A stretch of DNA of 60,959 nucleotides, the filler included, from Chiloscyllium plagiosum (Eukaryota), in the NCBI RefSeq assembly GCF_004010195.1. It is 5 parts of 2 records of this genome, joined end to end, with 100 filler letters (N's around TTAATTAATTAA, not from the genome) between each part and the next. Parts side by side here need not be neighbours in the genome. Positions count along the whole stretch, not along the records: positions 1 to 13,618 come from NC_057715.1; 4 more parts are not named here. One strand, 5' to 3'. The first letter of the stretch is position 1; every line of letters begins with the position of its first letter. This document shows positions 1 through 11,931 of this stretch, piece by piece. Made by a program: the position numbers and the translations under genes. The notes beneath the pieces were generated by a model, which was not told the origin of the DNA, made no database searches, and saw nothing but the letters and a program-made list of their open reading frames with translations.

Positions 1-560
1 CTGTGGGAGAGGTTTTTAACCCAGGTGTGTGTTGTAGTGTCCTCTTTGTTGTGTGTTAGTTTGGCCATTTTTTCTTTTAGTGCCATTTTTTTGCGGTGTG
101 TTGTCCTGTTCTGTCCTATGGTGACAGCCTGTTCTATGGTCCGGGTCCATTCCTGATTCGTGGTTTTTGAAATTAACGACTTTTGGCGCGCAATTTCATG
201 TCTGTATCTGTGAAGTCGGTTGTGCGCGTCTGTGATAATGACCTGGATCATCCTGAATCCGTTCTGCTGGGCAGTTTCCCTGGCTTGTGGGTTGTTGACT
301 GGTGGTCTGTATCTGACACATTGTGGAAGGATTCGATTCTTTCGGCATTCATGCAGGAACCGGAGTTGTTCGTATGTGGCGCTTAGTCGGTTAGCGCAGG
401 ATTCCCATTTCCTGGCTTGTCTCAGCGTCTTTCGCTCGTAAGTGTTCAAAGTTTGTGCGAAGATTTGTAGCTCGGGTGCTCGTTGTTGTGGTTCTGTTCG
501 CCGAGCTGGAAGTTTTTGTTGCAGACGTTTCGTCCCCTGGCTAGGCGATATCATCAGATA
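1..560 (-). mobile_element. Penelope-like element (family A): terminal repeat (about 441-560) and start of ORF, running off the left edge
   Basis: Minus strand reads ...QARKWESCANRLSATYEQLRFLHECRKNRILPQCVRY..., resembling the PLE N-terminal FL..C....ILP region. The preceding repeat also occurs at about 2005-2124 and 19100-19612. Confidence 0.75.
524..557 (-). ncRNA. Minimal hammerhead ribozyme motif, PLE family A
   Basis: Reverse complement: CTGATGA-T-ATCGCCTAGCCAGGGGAC-GAAA-CGTC; core boxes, imperfect stem II, GUC triplet. Confidence 0.65.
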
Positions 561-607
561 AATCTGATTACATCCAAAAAGCATAACAACTACTTGAAGA
601 TACCAAC

Positions 608-1570
608 ACCGTAGTGATTTGTATCTGCCGCTTCCGGTTGTCAGTTCCAGCTGTCCGCTGCAGTGGTCGGTATATTGGGTCCAGGTCGATGTGTTTACTG
701 ATTGAATCTGTAGATGAATGCCACGCCTCTAGGAATTCCCTGGCTGTTCTCTGTTTGGCTTGTCCTATAATAGTAGTGGAGAAAGTGAGGACTGCAGATG
801 CTGGAGATCGGAGCTGAAAATGTGTTGCTGGAAAAGCGCAGCAGGTCAGGCAGCATCCAAGGAACAGGAGAATCGACGTTTCGTGCATAAGCCCTTCTTC
901 AGGAATCTATAATAATAGTAGTGCTATAATAGTAGTGTTGCCCCAATCGAACTCATGTTGCTTGTCATCTGCGTGTGTGGCTACTAAGGATAGCTGGTCA
1001 AGTCGTTTCGTGGCTAGTTGGTGTTCATGGGTCATCAACACCACACTCACAGGAATCCGATTCACGAGAGAGGAAGAAAAGGACAACCAACTCCCATTCC
1101 TAGACATGATGGTACAGAGAACACCGAACGGAGAATTCACCANNNNNNNNNNNNNNNNNNNNNNNNNNNNNNNNNNNNNNNNNNNNNNNNNNNNNNNNNN
1201 NNNNNNNNNNNNNNNNNNNNNNNNNNNNNNNNTGTTTATAGTGTTCTGTCCCTGCCGCTTCTGGTTAGTAGTTTCAGCTGTCCGCTGTAGTGGTTGGTAT
1301 ATTGGGTCCAGTTCGATGTGTTTGTTGATGGAGTTTGTGGATGAATGCCATGCCTCTAGGAATTCCCTGATTGTTCTTTGTCTGGTTTGCCCTATGATAG
1401 TAGTGTTGTCCCAGTCGAATTCATGTTGTTTGTTGTCTGTGTGTGTGGCTACTAAGGATAGCTGGTCGTGTCGTTTCGTGGCTAGTTGATGTTCATGTAT
1501 GCGGATTGTTAGCTGTCTTCCTGTTTGTCCTATATAGTGTTTTGTGCAGTCCTTGCATGGTATTTTGTAC
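608..1570 (-). mobile_element. Penelope-like family A GIY-YIG endonuclease fragments (rearranged, N gap 1143-1232)
   Basis: ORF 907..1572: YKIPCKDCTKHYIGQTGRQLTIRIHEH...REFLEAWHSSTNSINKH. A plus-strand RT piece (GIRFTREEEKDNQLPFLDMMV) lies at about 1040-1140. Confidence 0.85.
779..906 (-). mobile_element. PLE family B terminal repeat with hammerhead motif (875-902) nested in family A
   Basis: Reverse complement CTGAAGA-A-GGGC-TTAT-GCAC-GAAA-CGTC, same repeat as 35255-35386 and 45962-46095. Flanked by repeated CTATAATAGTAGTG. Confidence 0.75.
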
Positions 1571-2124
1571 ACAACTCACCAGAACGAAGGACCCGATACC
1601 CAAAATGAGCAAAACTAATATAGTGTACAATATACCATGCAAGGACTGCACAAAACATTATATAGGACAAACAGGAAGACAGCTAACAATCCGCTTACAT
1701 GAACATCAACTAGACACGAAATGACACGACCAGCTATCCTTAGTAGCCACACACGCAGACAACAAGCAACATGAATTCGACTGGGACAACACTACTATCA
1801 TAGGTCAAGCCAGACAGAGAACAGCCAGCGAATTCCTAGAGGCATGGCATTCATCCACAAACTCCATCAACAAACACATCGACCTGGACCCAATATACCA
1901 ACCACTACAGCGGACAGCTGAAACTGACAACCGGAAGCGGCAGGGACAGACCACTATAAACATCAAAGGAGGAAACATCAAAGAAGCGCTTTGCAGGAGG
2001 CTCCCAAGCACTGATGATGTCGCCTAGCCAGGGGACGAAACGTTTGCAACAAAAACTTCCAGCTCGGCGAACAGAACCACAACAACGAACACCCGAGCTA
2101 CAAATCTTCGCGCAAAATTTGAAC
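1571..2124 (+). mobile_element. Penelope-like family A 3' end (GIY-YIG + terminal repeat), inverted relative to 1233-1570
   Basis: TKDPIPKMSKTNIVYNIPCKDCTKHYIGQTGRQLTIRLHEH, followed by the terminal repeat. Confidence 0.85.
2008..2047 (+). ncRNA. Minimal hammerhead ribozyme motif, PLE family A
   Basis: GCA-CTGATGA-T-GTCGCCT-AGCC-AGGGGAC-GAAA-CGTT-TGC: 3-bp stem I (GCA/TGC), stem II hairpin with one mismatch, minimal stem III. Confidence 0.7.
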
Positions 2125-2643
2125 CTTTAAAGTACGCTTCAAGGGCACACTTTCATTCTTGTGCACTTGTTGAGTAGGGAAGATTCCTAGATATCACTGC
2201 TTTCATTTCCATTTTAACTCTGTTACTGAAAACCTCAAATTTATTTTTTGTAAATAGCCAAATTATTGTTTTCTACACCACTTCCCCAGACTGCCTCACA
2301 CTTTACTGCCCGTTGTTCCCTTCCTGTGACCTGACCTCCACCAACCACTTCCTTCTCCAAAAGCAAAGAAGCAGTGAGATTGCTTCTCCATTTGCATAAA
2401 AATTTAGGAGCAGGACTGGGTCATTCAGGACCTTGAACTTATTCCACTATTATAGATCATGGCTGATTTACAACCTAATCCTCATTATCCCATGACACTG
2501 CTAGAGCTGTTGATGTCATTAGTATCCAGAAATCTATTGATCTCTGTCTTGAACACTCATTGACAGAGCTTCCATAATCCTTCCAAGATTTCATCACTGA
2601 ATGAAGAAATTCCTCATCTCCATCCTAAATGATTTGCCCTTTA

Positions 2644-3083
2644 GCGAGTTTTGAGAAGATGTGTAGCTCAGGTTGAGGTTCTGGATGTAGGTTTGCTAGC
2701 TGAGCTGGAAGGTCCATTTTCAGATGTTTCATCACCATACCAGGTAACATCTTCAGTGAACACTGCTTATGATTCCTGCTTTTTATTTATATGTTTAGGT
2801 TTCTTTGGGTTGGTGATGTCATTTCCTCTGGTGAGTCATTTCCTGTTCTTTTTAACTAACAAACACATTGACTTGGACCCCATTTACCACCCCTTGAGAA
2901 AAAGAACAGGAAATGACACACCATAGGAAATGGCAACACCAACCCCAAAAAACCCAAATATATAAATAGAAAGCAGGAATCATCAGCAGTGCTTCGTCCG
3001 GAGGCTCACTGAAGATGTTACCTGGTATGGTGACAAAACGTCCGAAAATGAACTTTCCAGCTCAGCAAGCAAACCTACATCCA
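2644..3083. mobile_element. Fold-back PLE-derived insertion, older relative of family A
   Basis: Left arm (about 2674-2850) is the reverse complement of the right arm (about 2900-3084). Decayed hammerhead CTGAAGA-T-GTTACC...GGTGAC-AAAA-CGTC at about 3009-3041. TSD GATTTGCCC(T/C)TTA at 2631-2643 and 3084-3096. Confidence 0.7.
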
Positions 3084-4299
3084 GATTTGCCCCTTATTCT
3101 GAGACTGTGTCCTTGGTTCTAGGTGCCTCAGCCAGGGGAAATGTTATTTCTGCACCTACCCTGTCTTCTATTTAAAAAGTTCTGAAGTTTGAATAAGATC
3201 ACTTTTGATTCTTCTAAACTTCAGTCAAAACAGGCCTAGTCTCCTCAATTTCTTCTCACAGGTCAGTCTGCTGTCAACGTTTTGTTAATCACATCAGTTT
3301 GTTCATGCTTTTTTTAAGGTTAAGAAGAAACAAGTGGTGGCTATTAATTTACTGACCATATATGCATAAACAAATTTTATACAATTTCTGGAAACAGGTT
3401 TCATCTGGCTTTTGATACAACAGTGTATTCCATCTATATGAAGCGAAATAATTTGTCTGGTCTGCTCTTTATCAAGCTACTTGACTTGGGCGGGTGAGAT
3501 GAGATTTTAGTTGGTCCAGAAAACACATTTACCTATTTACTTTTTCAAAAAGTAATATACATAAGGAAAATGAGGGCTCTTCTGCCACAGTGGGCTTGTC
3601 TCTACCCCTGGATCAATGGCCCAGGTTCAAGTCCCACCTTCTTCTGTCTTATCAACTGACTTGCATCCAAATAAACATCAACCATCCCTGTAATTAGATT
3701 GGTGAACCACTGCTGCATTCCCTCCATGGCATGCAGATCCCTTCTTAAAGAATGTGGCTAAAACCAGTCCAGATATAGTCTAACCAAGCTTCTATACAAA
3801 TGAAACCTTTATTACTGTACTCAAATCCTTAAGTGATAAAAGGTCCACAAACAATTCATTTTCCTGTTGCTAAATGCACGTCAGTTATCAGTGACCAATG
3901 AGTAAGGACATTTTAGGTCTCTTTGAACATCAACACTTCACACTTTCTCACGATTTATGAAATACTCTACATAACCATTCGCAATTTCAGAATTATCCAC
4001 TTAATATAGCTACCATGTTCTTGCCTACTGACTCAGCCTGCCCAAATCCCCTATCTGCTATGTCAATCATAAACTTAGAAATACATTTGGTTGTCACTAA
4101 TTAATATTAGAGCCACAATCATTGAAATAGATTGTGAACAACTGGAGTACAAGCACTTGGGGTTTCCTACCTGTCACAAATCATCCAAAGTGAAGATGAC
4201 TCATTTATTCCTACTTTTCCCTATTAACCAATCCTCAAAGTCTATATTATCCTATGTTCATTAATTTTATCTACCAATTTCCTATATGGACATGGACAT

Positions 4300-5088
4300 G
4301 GACAATATCCAAGCTTGGGCTGGCTAGTGGCAAATAATATTTGCACCACACAAATGCCAGACAAGGACCATTACCAGTAAGAGACAACCTAAATCGCACC
4401 TTTGACCTCACCTTCACTGAATCTCTCACCATCAATATCCTTGGGGATTACCTTTGACCAGAAACTCAACTGGACTATCATATAATACAGTGGCTACAAG
4501 AGCAGGTCACAAATAGGAATTCTGCAGCAAGTAATTCACCTCCTCACTCCCCAGAAAATGAGCACCACCTAGAAGGCAAAAGGTAAAGTGTGTGTTGGAA
4601 CACTCACCACTTGCCTGAAGGAGTGCAGCTTCATCAACACTCAAGAAGCTTGACACCATCCAGAACAAAGCTGCTTGATTGGCACCAGATCTACAAGCAT
4701 CCACTCCATCCACCATCACATTCAATCGCAGCAGTGTGTACCACCTACAAGATGCATTGCGGAAATTTATCACGCAAAGTAGCATCTTCCAACTCACAAC
4801 CACTACCATCTAGAAGAACAAGGGGCAGAAAATACACAGGAACACAATCACCCACAAGTTCTTCTCCAAACTACTCACTGTCCTGACTTGAAATATATCG
4901 CTATTCCTTCATTATCACTGGATTAAAATCCTGCAATTCCTCACTAAAGACATGGTGGATCTACCTACAGTGTTTGGACTACAGTGCTTCAAGAAGGCTG
5001 CTCACCTCCACCTTTGCAAGGGCAAGTAGATATGGGCAATAAATGTTGGCCAGGCAGCAAAGTCCACCTCCTACAAATGAATTCTAAA
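4300..5088 (+). mobile_element. Old LINE 3' end (CR1/L2-group), same family as 24690-30060
   Basis: Degenerate RT C-terminal sequence; 3' tail ...GGGCAATAAATGTTGGC...; homologous by eye to 25335-25860. Confidence 0.6.
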
Positions 5089-5765
5089 AAGAAACACTGG
5101 CCATTATACTGACAAGAAATGATCGAATGACTAACTTTGTTTTGAGGATAGTCATATAAAACATCTTTCACAGGCCCTCATGGTTTACTGTGTTGAAAGC
5201 CTTGCTCATCTGAACAAATAAACAAAGATCCTTGTTCTGTTCACATGACTTTCTTACAATTTGACACATTGCAAAATCATGTTGACTGTTCCTCATGCAG
5301 CACAAAAGCTATAACTGTACAGTTTGTAAGATGAGTAACCCATGCAATAATTTTTGCCACTTTGAGAAAAGTTAAAAATCATGATGATTGCTATAGGGGG
5401 ACTTGGCTTCCCTCCATTTGAACAAGGGAATTATTGAAGCATCCTTTTTATCTTAAGACACAATGCCCTAGATCCAGATTAAACAAAAGCTACTGAATTC
5501 CTAGACACCTGAGCTCCTCCTAAAAATCTCCTTATAAACGCGAGGCTAATAAAACAGTGCTGACACTTCAAAGTAATCCATTTTTTGTGAAGACTTTAGG
5601 ATATCATGAGGAAATGACAAGGTGCAACAGTATATCAATCTTAAATTAATCTTTCCGGCCATCAAGCCAAAAACATACTTCAAAACCAAACACAAATGTG
5701 ACAAATTCCATTCTCACTGTGCTAACGCCACCTATATTTGAATAGTAATCAGTGAATATTCTATC

Positions 5766-5850
5766 TCACTGATGATGTTACCTCGTATGGTGACGCAACA
5801 TCTGAAAACAAATCTTCAAGCTCAGTGAGCTAACTTACGCACATACCTAA
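5766..5850 (+). mobile_element. Short remnant of PLE terminal repeat with decayed hammerhead
   Basis: CACTGATGATGTTACCTCGTATGGTGACGCAACATC matches the right arm of 2644-3083. Confidence 0.55.
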
Positions 5851-6769
5851 AACATATTTAATAGCCCTACACAGTAACATGAAACAGTAATGAAATGATA
5901 AATACGCAGCATGTTGACAGTTCAAACACTGGTTTTCATCAAGAGATATTTATTAATAGCAAATTCCTGTTCAACTGAAATATATGTCTTGTTACAAGTG
6001 TATTCAGAAACCTTAGCACAAACACAAATGGCTACATCAAAAATGTACCATTCGCTTTCATTTTTATCCAGTGGTTAGAAACTGACCCCCATTCCCTACA
6101 AGAAAAGAATAAATCCTCCCCATCATAAAAAGGAATAACTTTCAATTCAAAGAGAGCTGATATCGGTACTTGAAACAAGCAGCTCACCAATTATACTGGA
6201 AAATGTCCAAGGAGAATAACTTTGTTCACAATATCTTATTACGTTGAAAAGTTTACAGAAGGAAATGATGTGCAACAGTTTATACATCAATTGCATTAAC
6301 TTACTGATAAACATGATGTGTTATTTCCCAAGAGCTTTGTCAAATGTATACCAGTTCTTCACCTAAGAATGGCTTGAGTGAACAGGGACAACAGAGCTTG
6401 CTTGCCAATTTCAGAATGTAGTTAAGAATCAACATTTGGTTTGGGTGTGGGGTCACACGTAGGACAAACCAGGTAAGCATTCAGATTTCCTGCTTTAAAA
6501 GGACATTAATAGTGCAGATGGGTTTTTATGCTGGAATCTCAGAGGTCTCAGCAACATGGGCTATGGCGAGAAAGTGACAGAATCAAGCAACAAGTGTGAC
6601 AATGTCCATCTCAACATCGATTCAGCTCCTGCTCTGAATGACCTATTGGAAACCAGGAACCACCATCTCAGGGCGTACTTCATAGGCACCAGCCACACAC
6701 ATTTTACATGAACATACATTGACATCTGATACTGTGCAGCTTCTAAGATTCCTCAGTTCACATCTTCAA

Positions 6770-8328
6770 GTTTAAGGTCAAAAGGGTAACTAGGGAGAGA
6801 ATAGAGCCCCTCAAAGATCAGCAAGTTGGCCTTTGTGTGGAGCCACAGAAAATGGGGGAGATACTAAATGAATATTTTGCATCATTATTTACTGTGGAAA
6901 AGGATATGGAAGATATAGACTATAGGGAAACAGATAGTGACATCTTTCAAAATGTCCAGATTACAGAGGAGGAAGTGCTGGATGTCTTGAAACGATTAAA
7001 AGTGGATAAATCCCCAGGACCTGATCAGGTGTACCCTAGAACTCTGTGGGAAGCTACAGAAGTGATTGCTGGGCCTCTTGCTGAGATATTTGTATCATCG
7101 ATAGTCACAGGTGAGGTGCCCAAAGACTGGAGGTTGACAAACGTGGTGCCACTGTTTAAGAAGGGCGGTAAAGACAAGCCAGGGAACTATAGACCGGTGA
7201 GCCTGACCTTGGTGGTGGGCAAGTTGTTGGAGGGAATTCTGAGGGACAGGACGTATATGTATTTGGAAAGACAAGGACTGATTCGGGATAGTCAACATGG
7301 CTTTGTGCGTGGGAAATCATGTCTCACAAATGAGTGAGTGTTTTGAAGAAGTAACAAAGAAGATTGATGAGGGCATAGTAGTAGATGTGATCTATATGGA
7401 CTTCAGGAAGGCGTTCGACAAGGTTCCCCAAGGGAGATTGATTAGCAATGTTAGATGGTCATGGAATACAGGGAGAACTAGCCATTTGGATACAGATTCT
7501 GGATTCGTGATGCTGGAAGAGCACAGCAGTTCAGGCAGCATCCGAGGAGCAGTAAAATTGACATTTCGGGCAAAAGCTCTTCATCAGGAACGCTGTATTC
7601 CTGATGAAGGGCTTTTGCCCGAAACATCGATTTTACTGCTCCTCGGATGCTGCCTGAACTGCTGTGCTCTTCCAGCATCACTAATCCAGAATCTGGTTTC
7701 CAGCATCTGCACTCATTGTTTTTACCTATTTGGATACAGAACTGGCTCAAAGGTAGAAGACAGAGGGTGGTGGTGGAGGGTTGTTTTTCAGACTGGAGGC
7801 CTGTGACCAGTGGAGTGCCACAAGGATCGGTGCTGGGCCCTCTACTTTTTGTCATTTACATAAATGATTTGGATGTGAGCATAAGAGGTACAGTTAGTAT
7901 TTTGCAGATGACACCTAAATTGGAGGTGTAGTGGACAGCGAAGAGGGTTACCTCAGATTACAACAGGATCTGGACCAGATGGGCCAATGGGCTGAGAAGT
8001 GGCAGATGGAATTTAATTCAGATAAATGCGAGGTGCTGCATTTTGGGAAAGCAAATCTTAGCAGGACTTATACACTTAATGGTAAGGTCCTCGGGAATGT
8101 TGCTGAACAAAGAGACCTTGGAGTGCAGGTTCATATCTCCTTGAAAGTGGAGTCACAGGTAGATAGGATAGTGAAGGAGGAGTTTGGTATGCTTTTCTTT
8201 ATTGGTCAGAGTATTGAGTACAGGAGTTGGGAGGTCATGTTGCGGCTGTACAGGACTTTGGTAAGGCAACTGTTGGAATAGTGCATGCACTTCTGGTCTT
8301 CCTCCTATCGGAGAGATGTTGTGAAACT
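6770..8328 (+). mobile_element. CR1 LINE ORF2 (reverse transcriptase) fragment, frameshifted
   Basis: [70 protein letters not shown]. Confidence 0.95.
7497..7727. mobile_element. Fold-back PLE family B terminal-repeat insertion inside CR1, with two opposed hammerhead motifs
   Basis: Arms about 7494-7590 and 7598-7693 are reverse complements. CTGATGA-A-GGGC-TTTT-GCCC-GAAA-CATC at 7601-7628. Exact 13-bp TSD ATTTGGATACAGA at 7484-7496 and 7728-7740. Confidence 0.85.
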
Positions 8329-9310
8329 CTCCGTCCCTCTCGCCTCACTAGCACGTGGCATATGCAACACACCAGAGATGATAACTCTGTTCGTCCTTGC
8401 TCTACGCTTCCATCCTCGCTCCCTGAATTTCTGCCTTGAATCCCCATCTCTCTTCCTACCCATGTCGTTGGTGCCTATGTGGACCACAACTTGGGGCTGC
8501 TCCCCCTCCCCCTTAAGGATCCCAAAAACACGATCAGAGACATCACGAACCCAGGCACCTGGGAGGCAACACACCAACCGTGAGTCTGTCTCGTCCCCAC
8601 AGAACTTCCTATCTGTCCCCCTAACTATGGAGTCCCCAATGACTACTGCTCTGCTCCTCTTCCCCCTTCCCTTCTGAGCACCAGGGACAGACTCTGTGCC
8701 AGCGCCCTGCACCCCACTGCCCTGTGCCCCACTGCCTCCCCCTCGTAAGTTGTCCCCCCCCCCCCCCCCCGCCACCAACAGTATCCAAAACGGCATACTT
8801 ATTGTTGAGGGGATTGGCCACAGGGGATCCCTTCACTGCCTGCCGGTTCCCTTTCCGTCCCCTGATTGAAACACATCTGCCTTTTTCTTGTACCTGAGGA
8901 GTGACTACCTCCCTGTAACTCCTCTCAATAACGCCCTCTGCCTCCCGAATGATCCGAAGTTCATCCAGCTCCAGCACCCTAATGCGGTTTTCGAGGAGCT
9001 GGATTTGGGTGCACTTCCTGCAGATGTAGTCAGCAGGGATACTAGTGGTGACCCATGCTGCAGGAGGAACATTCAACTGCCCTCACCACCATTCCCATGA
9101 TTCTAAATTCCCAAAGAGACTGTTTGAAAAAATAAGGAATAAAAAATAAACTCATTACCTTACCAATCTGGTTCACAGAACCTTTTTTTTGGTTAGAGGA
9201 GGAGGATGGGTGGGAGACACTACCCGAGTAGTGTTTCGGGTAACGCAACCACACAAAAATATGACTTCCCAGAAGTCCTTTGCTCCTCCCTAGCACCTCA
9301 AAGCAAATAG
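8329..9310 (-). mobile_element. CR1 LINE 5' region and ORF1 (zinc-finger/coiled-coil + SGNH esterase domain), frameshifted
   Basis: VECSSCSM...DYICRKCTQIQLLENRIRVLELDELRIIRE, then RAVVIGDSIVRG...LPGAWVRDV...VVVHIGTNDMG (GDS and GTND blocks). Confidence 0.9.
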
Positions 9311-10060
9311 AGGCCTTACTCCCGAGGTAAATCCCTTTAATGTGGGAAAATACGCCCTTCCTGGCAGCCCTTGCTTCACCTCTCCTTCTCTCCTCGCTGC
9401 TCTGGCAAAATGGAGCACTTGAAATGTCATAGCAAACAAGACGATGGGCCAAGTGCAGTAAAATGGGATTAGAATTTCTGGATACTTGATGACCAGCACT
9501 TGCACGATGGGACAAACGCTCTTTCCATGGTGTAATAACTTTAGGCTCTGTCTTTTTTAGGATTTGAGTAAAGACATATTGCTGCGATTATTTGGAGCCC
9601 TGGTGAGTTGTTGTATTGTGTACTGACTTGGTATCCACAAATGTTTACCATGGAAGTGGGTGGGGTGCAATAAAAGTTTGCAAAACTGATTGCTGGGTTG
9701 GTAGGATTGCCCTAGTAGGATAGATTGAGGCAGCAAAGCCTGAATCTCTAGATTTTAGAAGAATGGGAAATGATCTAATTGAAGTATGCAAACTTCTTAT
9801 AGGAATTAACAGGATAGGTGCTGAAAGGATGATTATCTTGCTTGGGGGATGTCTTGCATTAAGGAGCATTGACGTAGAATAAGAGAGAGGCCATTTAGGA
9901 CTGCAATGAGGAGAAATGTCTCGATTCAGTGGGTGGAAAATCTCTGGAATTCTCTACCTCAGAGAGGTATGGAACCTCATTAATTGAATGTGCTCCAGAC
10001 AGAGATTGATAAACGTAACTGCAAGCAATCTATATGGGGATAGCATGCAAAACTGATTTT

Positions 10061-10340
10061 AGATTACCTGCATTGTCGAAACAGGCCCTTTGGCCCAACC
10101 AGTCCACACCGACCTCCGAAGAGTAACCCACCCAGACTCATTTCCCTAATACTATGGGCAATTTAGCATGGCCAGTTCATCTGACCTGCACATCTTTGGA
10201 TTGTGGGAAGAAACTGGAGCACCTGGAGGAAACCTGCACAGACACGGGGCGAATGTGCAAACTCCACACAAACAATTGCCCAAGGCTGGAATTGAAACTG
10301 GGACCCTGCTGCTGTCAGGCAGCAGTGCTAGCCACTGTGG
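10061..10340 (-). mobile_element. HE1-like tRNA-derived SINE
   Basis: Reverse complement of the SINE at 50925-51230 (...GGAGTTTGCACATT...GGCCATGCTAAATTGCCC). Confidence 0.85.
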
Positions 10341-10356
10341 TGTTGGCATAGAAGAT

Positions 10357-10862
10357 CTATTGGAAAGATGTTGTGAAACTTGAAAGGGTTCAGAAAAAAT
10401 TTACAAGGATGTTGCCAGGGTTGGAGGATTTGAGCTATAGGGAGAGGCTGAACAGGCTGGGGCTGTTTTCCCTGGAGGCTGAGGGTGACCTTATAGAGAT
10501 TTACAAAATTAAGAGTGGCATGGATAGGGTAAGTAGGCAAAGTCTTTTCCTTGGGGTTGGGGAGTCCAGACCTAGAGGGCATAGGTTTAGGGTGAGAGGG
10601 GAAGGATATAAAAGAGACCTAAGGGGCAACTTTTTCACGCAGAGGGTGGTATGTGTATGGAATGAGCTGCCAGAGGATGTGGTGGAGGCTGGTGCAATTG
10701 CAACATTTAAGAGGCATTTGGATGGGTATATGAATAGGAAGGGTTTGGAGGGATATGGGCCGGGTGCTGGCAGATGGGACTAGATTGGGTTGGGATATCT
10801 AGTCAGCATGGACGGGTTGGACTGAAGGGTCTGTTTCCATGCTGTACATCTCTATGACTCTT
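10357..10862 (+). mobile_element. CR1 LINE 3' end
   Basis: KLERVQKKFTRMLPGL...FFTQRVVCVWNELP...FKRHLD; TATGACTC tail. Confidence 0.92.
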
Positions 10863-11324
10863 TCCCTGGATGCTGCCTGACCTGCTGCGCTTCTCCAGCA
10901 ACACATTTCCATCTCTGATCTCCAGCATCTGCAGACCTCATTTTCTCATCTCTATGACTCTATCTAGACAAATGACACAGGAGGAGTGAGGGGCTAGATG
11001 ACCTATTCGTCCAATTTCCCAAGTTCTCTTGAACTTCATTCCCCATTACATTTCTGAAGTAAGTTTGTCGACGGTGCTACGACCTGAGAAGCAAATCTTC
11101 AAAAAAAACCTTTGTTGGTTACCTACTATGCCACAATTGGCATCCCTCATATCTGTTTTCTGTCTCAATTTAACAGACACCATTCCCAGAACAACTCACC
11201 ACTCCGTCGATATCCCAGAACTCATTGGCATTCCTTGCACCCACATCATCTTTAAAGCTCATTAGGCACCCAGTCAAGTACCGTTACTCTACAGTTGCTC
11301 GGCATTGTTGCTGACATTTTTCCA

Positions 11325-11570
11325 GGGCATAGCAAACAGGAGAACTTGGTTCCTTGCTTTGCAGACAGGGTCCTGGAGATCTAGTTAGTTGGAGTGGTGC
11401 CAATGTGGAACTTCCTCCTTCCACACGACCTGCAGTGGAGGTCATGACAGCAGATTTGCCAGCTTATTCTAAGATGGCTCCCTGGGATAAAACAGTCTCA
11501 CCCACCTGGAGGAATGCTGTACAGTGTAGGAAGGGCAGTATCCTACTCTGCTCCATCAGACTAAGGTCCA
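11325..11570 (+). mobile_element. Degenerate Myb/SANT-like coding remnant, probably PIF/Harbinger-type transposon
   Basis: Across frames PCFADRVLEI...PAYSKMAPWDKTVSPTWRNAVQCRK...LLCSIR; similar remnants at 39860-40060 and 44750-44885. Confidence 0.45.
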
Positions 11571-11931
11571 GCATCATCTCTTTTGATACCTCACACTCAC
11601 TCACTCTCCACTACTCTACCCTCTTCCCTTCAAGGATAATGCTTTAATATTCTTATTATTGCTCGAAACACCTTCCCCGCTCACTTTCACCCACCCCAAT
11701 CTCTGTCATCACTAACTCTACTTGGTATCTACACTCCTTTCACATGTGCTGGAACACCTGCACCTATCTACATCAACAGTAATAGATGTGCTGCCATATT
11801 TCATCTCCTGCAATATTTGCCTGTCTCTCATTCCATGACGAATACAGCCCACAAAGGGCAGAGAGTCAAGATGGGTGGTGTGCTGCACGACATTTACTAC
11901 TTCACCCTGAATAAGAAAATCCTGATCACCC

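Noticed and set aside
6305..6362. Possible minus-strand exon with AG acceptor and GTAAGT donor
   Set aside because: Stops in all three frames and no recognisable protein.
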